Part shown: positions 10,958-19,341 of the stretch, one piece after another
Position numbering within the stretch: position 1 is the first letter of the stretch
How the letters are laid out: each line of letters opens with the position of its first letter
NCBI GenBank assembly: GCA_945865665.1
Contig: CAMBEE010000001.1
Location: 71,874 to 135,873, forward strand
DNA length: 64,000 bases
Reading direction: 5' to 3'
Origin: an uncultured Clostridium sp.
Lineage (GTDB): Bacteria; Bacillota; Clostridia; TANB77; CAG-508
Notes under the pieces: generated by a model
What the model was told of the DNA's origin: nothing
The model's input: only the letters and a program-made list of their open reading frames with translations
Databases searched by the model: none
Made by a program: the position numbers and the translations under genes

Positions 10958-11121
10958 GGGAAAATACGATGATATTATAAATTTAAAAAGACCTGTATCA
11001 AAGCATCCAAAAAATTGATATTTACAAACAAAAAATGATAATGCAAAATGGTGCAATAATTGATATTAAAGAAATTATTGATATTAATAGTGATATTTTT
11101 AAAAATTTAAAATTTGAATAA
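10956..11121 (+). pseudogene. YolD-like protein (usual partner of UvrX/UmuC in Firmicutes mobile elements), frameshifted
   Basis: MGKYDDIINLKRPVSKHPKN then a stop inside an A6 run. A second frame continues as KIDIYKQKMIMQNGAIIDIKEIIDINSDIF. It sits directly downstream of the Y-polymerase, as in uvrX-yolD pairs. Confidence 0.35.
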
Positions 11122-11193
11122 AAAAAGAACTAGAGCAGAAGTGAATCACAATGATAAATATATTTGTATTTCATTTTTAGGCTAGTTCTTTAT

Positions 11194-11454
11194 TTAAATA
11201 TTATCAATAAAATCAGAAACTAAATCTTCAAGTTTAACATTAAAAACTTTAGCAAAACCACATAATTCATAATCAACAACAGTTCTTTTTCCAGTTTCAA
11301 TTTTATAAATCTCTTGTTTATGAATATCAATTCCGTGAAGCATAAGCTTGTCTGATAAACTTTGATATGAATAATTATTTAATTCACGATAATATCTAAT
11401 CTTATCCTTAACAATATTAAGACTATTTTCGATATTTGTATTTCTTTTACTCAT
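11194..11454 (-). CDS. XRE-family helix-turn-helix transcriptional regulator
   Basis: RBS AAGGAG before ATG (MSKRNTNIENSL...). HTH segment SYQSLSDKLMLHGIDIHKQEIYKIETGKR. A hairpin with a T-run lies about 30-90 nt downstream on the - strand. Confidence 0.65.
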   Translation of the reverse strand: MSKRNTNIENSLNIVKDKIRYYRELNNYSYQSLSDKLMLHGIDIHKQEIYKIETGKRTVVDYELCGFAKVFNVKLEDLVSDFIDNI

Positions 11455-11616
11455 ATTGAAAACTCCTTTTTTACTTATTTTTCCACATTGCATTGATTTT
11501 ATAATATAATTTTGATAGAATATAACCCACAGAGGTTATATATTATTTATGTTACAAGTTTCGACAAATTTTTAAGATACAATTGTTATAAAATTGAATA
11601 AGAAAGAGGTCAAAAA

Positions 11617-11883
11617 ATGGAAAAAATAAAAGTAATAATTGCAGATGATATACAAGCTATTGTAGAAAGTAATAAACGAATTGTTGCATCATTTGATAAT
11701 GTTGAGGTTATTGTGACTGCATACAATGGCCAAGATGAGTATGAGATGATAATAAACTTACAACCAGATTTTGTAAGCAATAGAAGAGAGGTAGAAGTAG
11801 ATATGGAAAAGTGTAAAAAAAAGAATACAGAACATTGCACAAAATCAAAGTTTTGTGCAAAAAGGAATAGGAGTAAAATATAA
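11617..11883 (+). pseudogene. Truncated response-regulator receiver-domain fragment
   Basis: MEKIKVIIADDIQAIVE...IVTAYNGQDEYEMIINLQPDFV is a CheY-like receiver N-terminus. It runs into repeat R1 after about 60 aa. There is no output domain. Confidence 0.5.
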
Positions 11884-12731
11884 AACCATAGTTATATGGT
11901 CCTACCCATGAAATCTTGCTACTCCTTTAATAAAGCCTATTTTAGCATCTTATACTAACAACAAACTATACTACTTTTATATAAAAACCTCTTAAAATTG
12001 ATTCTGAAGCTTCATTAATTTAGCTTTTACTTGGTTGGATTTTTTTTCATTATTGTAACTACATATTTTCAAAAAAATTTTATATAACTTTAGATTATTT
12101 TATCAAAATTTCACAAATCCCCATATTTCAGTATTTTGCTTGATTTTGCAGACAACAAGTTATATGCCTTAAAAATAAAAACGCCTTAAAATCGATTCTC
12201 GTGCGTCACTTTTTTAGCCATTTTTAAGCATTTTTAATAAATGCCTAAAAATCAGCATTTCTACTTAAATAATATAATAAATATTAGTTTTTTTAATTTA
12301 CACATCTAATTTAAAACATATAACTTGTTAAATAAAATATTAAAATGTCTTAAAATCTATTTTGACGTGTCATAAATATAAAATTATATTATGGATTTGT
12401 AATCTAAAATTATATAATAGTTATTCAAAAATTTTTATAAAATTATAATGAAAAATTTATTTACAAACATTTTTAACAAATGTTCGTTTTTTAAAAATTA
12501 ATAATAAAAATTCACTTTACACAAAATTTTTAAATTTTTAATTATTAGATTTTAATTATAAAATTTTTTAAAATTCTAATTCTAAATTTTAATATTAATT
12601 TTTTGAAAAATTTTATTTTATATCTTTTAATAGTATAAAAAATTTCTTTATGTATTTATTTTTTTGTTTTAAAATTTATTTAAAATTTCTATTTTTGTAT
12701 TTTCTCAAAAATAGCCTATTCCCCTATTCCC
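11846..12731. repeat. Non-coding repeat module A (R-box + three degenerate about 60-bp units + about 400-bp unit)
   Basis: Homologous at about 75-90% to 13486-14208. It ends with ctcaaaaatagcctattcccctattccct. The units share cttaaaatcgattct. Confidence 0.8.
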
Positions 12732-12795
12732 TATTGATTTTTCTACGTATAGTAATTATTATTTATTGTTCTTCATTCTATTTATAAGTATGTTA

Positions 12796-12822
12796 AAAGA
12801 GATGGTACTACCATCTCTTTTA
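12796..12822 (-). terminator. Bidirectional rho-independent terminator
   Basis: aaaagagatggtactaccatctctttt is a perfect 10-bp stem with A/T runs on both sides, 3' of the 12864-13286 gene. Confidence 0.6.
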
Positions 12823-12863
12823 GTCTGAGTTAATTAAATATTATCTATTGAAGTTGAAATTTC

Positions 12864-13286
12864 TTATACTCCAATAAGATAAGTAAAAATTTGACCTTCT
12901 ATATACCTGTTTGAAAATGCAAAGTCATGATTCTTATCTAGAAGATATTTTAATTTAAGTTTATGCTGTTTACAGAATCTTTGCATATCTTTATGTGTAA
13001 TATGTAATTTAGAGCCATTTTCTAGAATGATATATTTATTAGCATTATCTGTTGGACATAACATACAAGGAGAAGCGAGATCTATACTAATAAATTTTCT
13101 TCTTCTAAAACCTATTTTTCTATAAGGTTTAGAAGAAAGTTCAATTAACAAATTGCTAATATACTTCTCAATTATATTCCAATCTTCTGGTGACCGAATT
13201 AGCTTTTTTTCTTCCTCCTTACGTTTTTCCTTTTCTAATTGTTCATGTTCTCTTAACTCAACTCTTAATTGTTTTCTTAAATTCAT
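12864..13286 (-). CDS. Hypothetical protein with a CxxC...HxxH...CxxH zinc-finger/HNH-like motif
   Basis: RBS AAGGAGG 8 nt before ATG. Contains SPCMLCPTD...HITHKDMQRFCKQH. Charged coiled-coil N-terminus. Flanked by repeat modules A and B. Confidence 0.45.
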   Translation of the reverse strand: MNLRKQLRVELREHEQLEKEKRKEEEKKLIRSPEDWNIIEKYISNLLIELSSKPYRKIGFRRRKFISIDLASPCMLCPTDNANKYIILENGSKLHITHKDMQRFCKQHKLKLKYLLDKNHDFAFSNRYIEGQIFTYLIGV

Positions 13287-13485
13287 AAAAAAACCTCCTT
13301 TAAATGTTGTATTTACAAAAGTGATAGTTATATATTAACACATTTTACATAATATTTCAATATAAATCAATTAAACTTCACATTTTTAGTATCTAATATT
13401 AAACTTAATTTCACATTTTATATATTGTTTAAGTGAATTTTTTATAAAAATTTTAGAAATTCAAAACAAGTTTTTGGTTTGTATT

Positions 13486-14208
13486 ATCAAAGTTTTGTGC
13501 AAAAAGGAATAAGGGTAAAAATACAGACCTCGCATTTAGGTCCTACCCAGTACTTTCTAGGCCTTCTAGCCATTAATACATATATTATTACTATTATTAT
13601 CTTATTATTTAATATTGCATCTTTTTTTATCTAATGTTATTCAACATCTTATATTACTTTATATATTTATCATTTATTTATTTTTAATCCTTAAATTTTA
13701 AATTTATATCTTAATATTTTTTATAATTTCAGATCCTATCTTATAATTTTATCAAAATTGCTCAAAACGCCTAAATGTCCATATTCGACGTATTTTGCAG
13801 ACAACAAACTTGTTTGATTAAATATAAAAATGTCTTAAAATCGATTTTAACGTGTCATAAATATAAAATTATATTATGGATTTGTAATCTAAAATTATAT
13901 AATGATTATACAAAAAAATTATTAATTTATAATGCAAAAATTTATTTACAAACAATTTTAACAAATGTTCGTTTTTGAAAATTACATATATAAAATTAAC
14001 TTTACACAAAATTTTAAAATTTTTAATTATTAGATTTTAATTATAAAATTTTTATAAATTCTAATTCTAAATTTTAATATTAATTTTTTGAAAATTTTTA
14101 TTTTTATCTTTTAATCATATAAAAAATTTCTTTATGTATTTATTTTTTGTTTTTAAAATTTATTTTAAATTTGTATTTCCTCAAAAATAGCCTATTCCCC
14201 TATTCCCT
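13486..14208. repeat. Non-coding repeat module B (R-box + unit + about 400-bp unit), a direct repeat of module A
   Basis: Module A is at 11846-12731. The same end motif cctattcccctattccct is present. Confidence 0.8.
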
Positions 14209-14235
14209 ACTTGTGATATATATTTAATTATAAAA

Positions 14236-14272
14236 AAACTGAGAATATCCTTTAATATTCTCAGTTTTTTAT
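14236..14272 (-). terminator. Bidirectional rho-independent terminator
   Basis: aaaaaaactgagaatatcctttaatattctcagtttttt has a 10-bp stem with a T-run. Confidence 0.6.
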
Positions 14273-14301
14273 AAAACCTAAAAAGCATCTAATATTGTAT
14301 A

Positions 14302-14688
14302 TTAACTTATGAATTTTATTTTTGCACCACATTCGCAGCAACTATGTTCATATGTATATACATAAGCATAGCATATTGGACAATGATAATGTCCTTCTTC
14401 ATCTTTTTCTTCTACACAGTATTCTTCTTGTTCATCTTTCATAATGTTTTCATACAATTTTTCGGCTTCTTTTTTCTCTTGTTCAGTTACTGGACTACAA
14501 TCTTCAAAATCTTTAAAAAAGGATTCTAATTCAGTATTATTATCAAGTAAAACTTTTTTAGCTTTAGGGTATAATTTCATCCATTGTCTTAATGTTTTCT
14601 TAGAATTTGAAAATTTTGTTAATATTTTTATGTCGATACCAATTGCCGATTTCGTTTCCTTTTTTATAATTCCTAGATATTTATCCAT
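14302..14688 (-). CDS. Hypothetical acidic protein with a C-terminal zinc ribbon
   Basis: Ends with HCPICYAYVYTYEHSCCECGAKIKF. No family assigned. It is the last gene of a - strand string that follows the toxN-family gene. Confidence 0.45.
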   Translation of the reverse strand: MDKYLGIIKKETKSAIGIDIKILTKFSNSKKTLRQWMKLYPKAKKVLLDNNTELESFFKDFEDCSPVTEQEKKEAEKLYENIMKDEQEEYCVEEKDEEGHYHCPICYAYVYTYEHSCCECGAKIKFIS

Positions 14689-14707
14689 AATATATTTACC
14701 TCCTTAA

Positions 14708-14929
14708 CTAATCAGTTTTCGAGTTGTTATTAAAGGTATTATTAAAATACCAACATGCCCATGGGATATATACAATGCTAATTCCTATTATTTTACTTGT
14801 GTCAAAAGGACTATTCAATTCAATTGGCACAATATAAACTACTGTAAGATATAACATTACTAGTCCCATATACATCAGAAATTTGTGCATAAAATTATTA
14901 TACTGTTTACTCATATTTTCCTCCTCCAA
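14708..14929 (-). CDS. Small 2-TM membrane protein, hypothetical
   Basis: Its only long ORF is closely packed between its neighbours. Hydrophobic segments LMYMGLVMLYLTVVYIV and IIGISIVYIPWACWYF. Confidence 0.35.
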   Translation of the reverse strand: MEEENMSKQYNNFMHKFLMYMGLVMLYLTVVYIVPIELNSPFDTSKIIGISIVYIPWACWYFNNTFNNNSKTD

Positions 14930-14944
14930 TATTAATTGCGTTGT

Positions 14945-15154
14945 CTACAGGTTACTCTTTACAACATCATCTTGAAAATTTTCACGTGCCATATTGAATT
15001 GGTCTGTATTTTGTTTAGTCTTTTCTCTAATTGCTTTATCCAATTCTTCCATACGAGCAGATGATACTGGTATTCTTGCTTTAGGTGGTGTACGAGATAC
15101 AGCTGACATGTAATTTAGTTTTACTTTTTTAATAGGTGTTTTCTTTTCTGACAT
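14945..15154 (-). CDS. Small basic protein, hypothetical (possible DNA-binding/RHH-like)
   Basis: 69 aa with a Lys/Arg-rich N-terminus and MEELDKAIREK. GGAGG upstream. Confidence 0.4.
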   Translation of the reverse strand: MSEKKTPIKKVKLNYMSAVSRTPPKARIPVSSARMEELDKAIREKTKQNTDQFNMARENFQDDVVKSNL

Positions 15155-15349
15155 ATTTATTCCTCCTTAAAATAATAATTTTACAATAGTTGCTTTATAA
15201 TAAAACTATGATGAAAAATAGGAAAGTAAAAATTCAATTAGCTTTTAGCTAAGATTTATGTGAATTATATCATTATTTGAGCTAAAAGTAAAGATAAACA
15301 CAATATGTATCCATTATGTGTTTATTTTCTTTCTTACTATATCATATAT

Positions 15350-15841
15350 TTATTTGATCGTTAACTGTTCTAATATTCCATCAATATCAGGAAAAATAAT
15401 ATTTTTCATTCCATGATTATATAAATTTAAAACCTTAGTAGCTTTATATATTATTTCTTCTTGCAATTTGTTTGACAGTTTTATAACAACTTTATTTTTT
15501 ATATATTGACTTTCTATATATTCCTCTGTTACTGGAAACATATTTTGTATTAAGAAAGCACTGTATGTATTTGCAACATTTCCAAAAACAATAGTATCAA
15601 TTGAAGGTTTCTTTCCTAATTTTATTTGTTTTTTTATTTTATTATCATAGATTCTTTGATACTTATCTACTTTTGTACTAACAGGAATAAACCAAATAAT
15701 ATTATTATATTCTTTACTTTTAAAGCAATAATAGCATGGTCTTTTATTTCCATTTTCTTTATTTTGCATTAGTTCTGGATCATCTATAACATCAAAAAAC
15801 GAATCTTTAATAAAATAAAAACATCCTATATCTATTTGCAT
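15350..15841 (-). CDS. ToxN/AbiQ-family endoribonuclease toxin (type III toxin-antitoxin / abortive-infection family)
   Basis: 163 aa. RBS AAGGAG 9 nt upstream. My alignment to AbiQ/ToxN is from memory: FYFIKDSFFDV..NKRP..IIWFIPVSTK..IDTIVFGNV..LIQNMFPVTEEYI against MKFYTI..FD.KV..RP..APLSSPK..GVINLNNMIPV. Preceded by tandem repeats and a hairpin. Confidence 0.6.
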   Translation of the reverse strand: MQIDIGCFYFIKDSFFDVIDDPELMQNKENGNKRPCYYCFKSKEYNNIIWFIPVSTKVDKYQRIYDNKIKKQIKLGKKPSIDTIVFGNVANTYSAFLIQNMFPVTEEYIESQYIKNKVVIKLSNKLQEEIIYKATKVLNLYNHGMKNIIFPDIDGILEQLTIK

Positions 15842-15868
15842 ATTTATATTACTCCTTATATTATGAGA

Positions 15869-15890
15869 GGCTTACCATTTCTGGTAAGCC
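15869..15890 (-). terminator. Hairpin between the repeat array and the toxin gene (leaky terminator / processing element candidate)
   Basis: ggcttacca-tttc-tggtaagcc is a perfect 9-bp stem with a 4-nt loop. There is no strong U-tract. Confidence 0.4.
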
Positions 15891-15897
15891 CCAATTA

Positions 15898-16006
15898 ATT
15901 TATTCACTCTCTCATTTGTTAGTCGCTCAAAGAGGCGGCGACAAATACATTTATTCACTCTCTCATTTATAACTCGCCAAAGAGGCGGCGACAAACACAT
16001 TTATTA
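15898..16006 (-). ncRNA. 2.2 tandem 51-nt direct repeats: candidate ToxI-like antitoxin RNA of a type III toxin-antitoxin system
   Basis: atttattcactctctcattt(gttagtcgctc/ataactcgcc)aaagaggcggcgacaaa(t/c)ac occurs twice, followed by a partial atttatt. Each unit contains a GC-rich hairpin gtcgc...gcgac. It lies immediately upstream of the toxN-like gene on the same strand. Confidence 0.5.
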
Positions 16007-16094
16007 AAAACAATGATGTTCTTAATTATTATATTCATAATAGCATGAAATATGTTACTTTGTCAATAATTTTAATAAATTTTCTTTTTAAAAG

Positions 16095-16160
16095 CAGAAC
16101 AACAATTTGGTTTGTATTATCAAAGTTTTGTGCAATAAGAGATAGGAGCAAAAATTGTTA
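16095..16160 (-). promoter_or_regulatory. R-box copy R3 (shared with R1 at 11846 and R2 at 13486); a promoter/leader for - strand transcription of the repeat-toxin unit is likely
   Basis: tttggtttgtattatcaaagttttgtgcaa is shared with R2. The reverse complement contains ttgcacaaaactttgataatac, a -10-like GATAAT. Confidence 0.35.
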
Positions 16161-16249
16161 TAATTTGTGTGATAACTTGTAATTTATCGAGATGATTGTA
16201 ACATAAAAGTTAGATATTTTCAAATCAATATATAACTTTCTAAATTTTA

Positions 16250-17686
16250 TTATGCATGTATAATATTTGTATTCTTTGAAATTTCACTATTAGTTGTTAC
16301 AATATCATAATTACTCAAATTATGAATATCCTTGTTTCCTGTTATTCTTGCAAAAGTTTTTAATTCATCATTTACAACATTAAAATAATTCTCTAACCTT
16401 TTACTGCTTTTTTCAATATTTAATCTTTTTCTTAATTCTGAATCTTGTGTTCCTACTCCTACCGGACACATTCCATTATTGCAAACTCTGTACTGTTGGC
16501 AAGCAATTGCCATCATTGCAGCTGTTCCAATAGCGATAGCATCTGCTCCCATTGCAATTGCCTTAGCAAAATCTGATGAAGTTCTTAGTCCTCCCGTTAT
16601 GACAAGTGATATATCTTCTCCATGCTCATCTAAATATTTTCTTGCTCTATATAGTGCATATATTGTAGGTACTGTTGTTGCATCTTTTATGATTTTAGGG
16701 CTTGCACCTGTTGCACCACCTCTCCCATCTATTGTAATAAAATCCGGCTTTGCAAAACAAGCAAATTCTAGATCCTCTTCTATATGTCCTGCTGCAAATT
16801 TCACACCAATTGGTCTTCCTTCTGATTTTTCTCTTAATTCATCTACTAGAGATTTTAAGTCTTCTTTTGTTTCAATCTCTTTAAATTTAGATGGACTAAT
16901 AATATCTTCTTCTACTTTTTTACCTCTTATTTTTGCAATTTCTTCTGTTACTTTTTCTCCGGGTAGGTGTCCTCCCATTCCTGGTTTTGTTCCTTGACCT
17001 ATTTTAATCTCTATTGCACTTACCTTTTTTAAGTTTTCATCCGTAACACTATATTTATTTGGCACATATTCAAAAATATATTCATAAGCATTTTCAAATT
17101 CTTCTGGTAATATTCCACCTTCTCCGCTACATATTGCTGTTTTTACATTTTTCGTTCCTATGGCCAAGGCTGTTTTGGCTTCCTTTGATAATGCACCGAA
17201 AGACATGTGTGTTACAAATACAGGTGTTTCTAAAATCATTGGCTTTTTCGCATTTTTACCAATTACTGTTCTTAGACTAACTTCTTCATCCTCAAAAAGT
17301 GGCATTTTGCTAAGTTGTCCACCTAGAATTAGAATATCATTCCAGCTAGTTACAGGTAACTTTGTTCCCATTGCTGAAATAATACTTTTTCCTGTAATAG
17401 CCATTGTATGGATATCTTCCATTCTTTGTTCTACTTCGTCTGTACTACGAGTATATTCTTTTAAATAGTTTTCTAGCTTATTTTCATTCTTTCTTGTTTC
17501 TTCTTTAGATTCTACTTTTTCTTCTTGTTTTGCATCTTCTTCTACTAATTTAAACATATTCTTTGGTGCAAAACACATTGGACATTTCCAATCATCTGGT
17601 AAGTCTTCAAATTTAACTCCCTCTTTTTCTTCATCATAAATATGTCCACATAATTGACATTTATATTTAGCCATTTTTTCCTCCAT
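16250..17686 (-). CDS. Rubredoxin-fused glutamate-synthase-domain (FMN/Fe-S) oxidoreductase
   Basis: N-terminus is rubredoxin ([11 protein letters not shown]...WKCPMC). The remainder is a GltS FMN-binding domain ([28 protein letters not shown]). Confidence 0.75.
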   Translation of the reverse strand: MEEKMAKYKCQLCGHIYDEEKEGVKFEDLPDDWKCPMCFAPKNMFKLVEEDAKQEEKVESKEETRKNENKLENYLKEYTRSTDEVEQRMEDIHTMAITGKSIISAMGTKLPVTSWNDILILGGQLSKMPLFEDEEVSLRTVIGKNAKKPMILETPVFVTHMSFGALSKEAKTALAIGTKNVKTAICSGEGGILPEEFENAYEYIFEYVPNKYSVTDENLKKVSAIEIKIGQGTKPGMGGHLPGEKVTEEIAKIRGKKVEEDIISPSKFKEIETKEDLKSLVDELREKSEGRPIGVKFAAGHIEEDLEFACFAKPDFITIDGRGGATGASPKIIKDATTVPTIYALYRARKYLDEHGEDISLVITGGLRTSSDFAKAIAMGADAIAIGTAAMMAIACQQYRVCNNGMCPVGVGTQDSELRKRLNIEKSSKRLENYFNVVNDELKTFARITGNKDIHNLSNYDIVTTNSEISKNTNIIHA

Positions 17687-17702
17687 TTTTAATTTCTATA
17701 AG

Positions 17703-17730
17703 AGATACAAAAAGGTATCTCTTATTTTAC
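17703..17730 (-). other. Intercistronic perfect hairpin between rbr and the downstream oxidoreductase gene
   Basis: taagagatac-aaaaag-gtatctctta is a 10-bp perfect stem. The T-run is only on the + strand side. Confidence 0.35.
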
Positions 17731-17737
17731 TAATATA

Positions 17738-18277
17738 TTAATAATTTTCTGCTTTTATTTCAAAATATGCTTTTGGATGACTACAAACTGGGCAAATTTC
17801 TGGTGCTTCTTTACCAATTACAATATGTCCACAATTTCTACATTTCCAAATTTTATCTCCATCTTTAGAAAATACTAACCCATCTTCTACATTTTCTAAT
17901 AATTTTTTATATCTTTCTTCATGTTCTTTTTCTATCTTTCCAACCGCTTCAAATAAATATGCTATTCTATCAAATCCTTCTTCCTTTGCTTCTTTTGCCA
18001 TTCTATCATACATATCTGTCCATTCAAAATTTTCTCCTTCTGCTGCTGCTTTTAAATTTTCAGCTGTAGATGGTATATCTTCATCATGTAATAGTTTAAA
18101 CCATAATTTAGCATGTTCTTTTTCATTATCTGCTGTTTCTTGGAATATTGCTGCTATTTGCTCATATCCTTCCTTTTTAGCTTTGCTTGCAAAATAGGTA
18201 TATTTATTTCTTGCTTGTGATTCTCCTGCAAATGCCTCCATTAAATTTTTTTCTGTTTTTGATCCTTTTAATTCCAT
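17738..18277 (-). CDS. rbr: Rubrerythrin
   Basis: Ferritin-like diiron domain ([18 protein letters not shown]) plus a C-terminal rubredoxin-like CxxC...CxxC (WKCRNCGH...CPVCSHP). Confidence 0.85.
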   Translation of the reverse strand: MELKGSKTEKNLMEAFAGESQARNKYTYFASKAKKEGYEQIAAIFQETADNEKEHAKLWFKLLHDEDIPSTAENLKAAAEGENFEWTDMYDRMAKEAKEEGFDRIAYLFEAVGKIEKEHEERYKKLLENVEDGLVFSKDGDKIWKCRNCGHIVIGKEAPEICPVCSHPKAYFEIKAENY

Positions 18278-18280
18278 TTT

Positions 18281-18679
18281 TTATTCCTCCTCATACTTTA
18301 TTTTAGATTTACATTCTTCACATATTCCATATAAAATGATACTGTCTACATTAGTAATTACACTCGTTTGATTATGGATCAATTCTTTTAGTTTTTCCTT
18401 CTTAAACTGATACATAAAATCAAAAACTTTTCCACATTTGTTGCATATTACATGATAATGTTCTTTATCAATATAATCATATTTGTCTGGTCCAGTTAAT
18501 ACTTTTATTTTCTTGATAGTTTTATTTTCCAATAAAACATTTAAATTTCTATAAACTGTACTTTTACTAATAGTTGGATTATCTTGATGTACTTTATCAT
18601 ATATTTGTTCCGCTGTTGGATGATTTAAATACTTAAATGTTTCTAGTATAATTTCTCTTTGCTTAGAATAGTTATTCAT
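18281..18679 (-). CDS. perR: Fur-family peroxide-responsive repressor (PerR-like)
   Basis: Fur family fold: DNA-binding helix STVYRNLNVL, HYHVICNKCGKV, and C-terminal CEEC. Located upstream of rbr. Confidence 0.75.
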   Translation of the reverse strand: MNNYSKQREIILETFKYLNHPTAEQIYDKVHQDNPTISKSTVYRNLNVLLENKTIKKIKVLTGPDKYDYIDKEHYHVICNKCGKVFDFMYQFKKEKLKELIHNQTSVITNVDSIILYGICEECKSKIKYEEE

Positions 18680-18693
18680 GTATCCCCTTTCTA

Positions 18694-18714
18694 AATTAGG
18701 AATTATTCCTAATT
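18694..18714. promoter_or_regulatory. 10-1-10 perfect palindrome (Fur/PerR-box-like operator) in the perR promoter region
   Basis: AATTAGGAAT-T-ATTCCTAATT lies 15 nt upstream of the perR start. Confidence 0.45.
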
Positions 18715-18949
18715 TTGTTTTATTTTATATTATTTCATATAGTTTGTCAATAACTTTATGATTATTATTACTCAATTTTTTATAATTAGAAAGATAATTT
18801 GAGCGATAACTTACTATTATTTGAGATGATTATACCATACTATTTCTGCTTTGTTTCCACTAACTGAAACAAATATGCATCAAAAGTTTTTTCTGTTACA
18901 GAAGTGTAAATATATACAACATCATTTTCATTTCCTTGTCTAGGTCCGT

Positions 18950-19252
18950 CTACCGATTTCTTTGAGTTAAATCTGAAGGTCGCCACGGACAGTCTAAATG
19001 ATGAAGTGCAATTATTTTATTTTGGCAGTTTGTTCCTGCTCCCATTTTTGCAGTAGATCCCATTAAAACTCTTATATTTCCTGCTCTTACTTTTGAAAAT
19101 AATTCTTGTTTTTGAGTATCATTATTTGCATCATGTATAAACGCAATTTCGTTTTCTGGTATTCCTTTTTCAATTAATTTTCGTTTTAAATCTGTATATA
19201 CACCTGTAAATTTCCATTCTTTTAGTTTCCATTTTCTGTCTACAAGTTCCAT
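18950..19252 (-). pseudogene. C-terminal fragment of an SNF2/DEAD-like helicase (helicase motif VI region)
   Basis: IRVLMGSTAKMGAGTNCQNKIIALHHLDCPWRPSDLTQRNR. No upstream catalytic core is in frame. Confidence 0.45.
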
Positions 19253-19341
19253 CTCATATCATAAACAAATCAGAACTTTTTTGTGCTTCAGTTTGGGCTA
19301 TTCCTCCAACATTACGCATTTTCGTGTATAAATATAGATTT

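Noticed and set aside
12340-12740. AT-rich repetitive kilobase considered as CRISPR or satellite
   Set aside because: There is no regular repeat-spacer periodicity. It is one of two long diverged direct repeats (modules A and B), not a short-period array.
15898-16006. Tandem repeats considered as a CRISPR array
   Set aside because: There are only 2.2 contiguous 51-nt units with no unique spacers between them and no cas genes. The position and strand relative to a ToxN-like ORF fit a type III antitoxin RNA instead.
16479-17468. Plus-strand ORFs (172, 73, 102 aa) opposite the rubredoxin-GltS gene
   Set aside because: They are antisense to a well-supported CDS. They have no RBS, and their products are Ala/Ser/Pro-rich reverse-frame translations.
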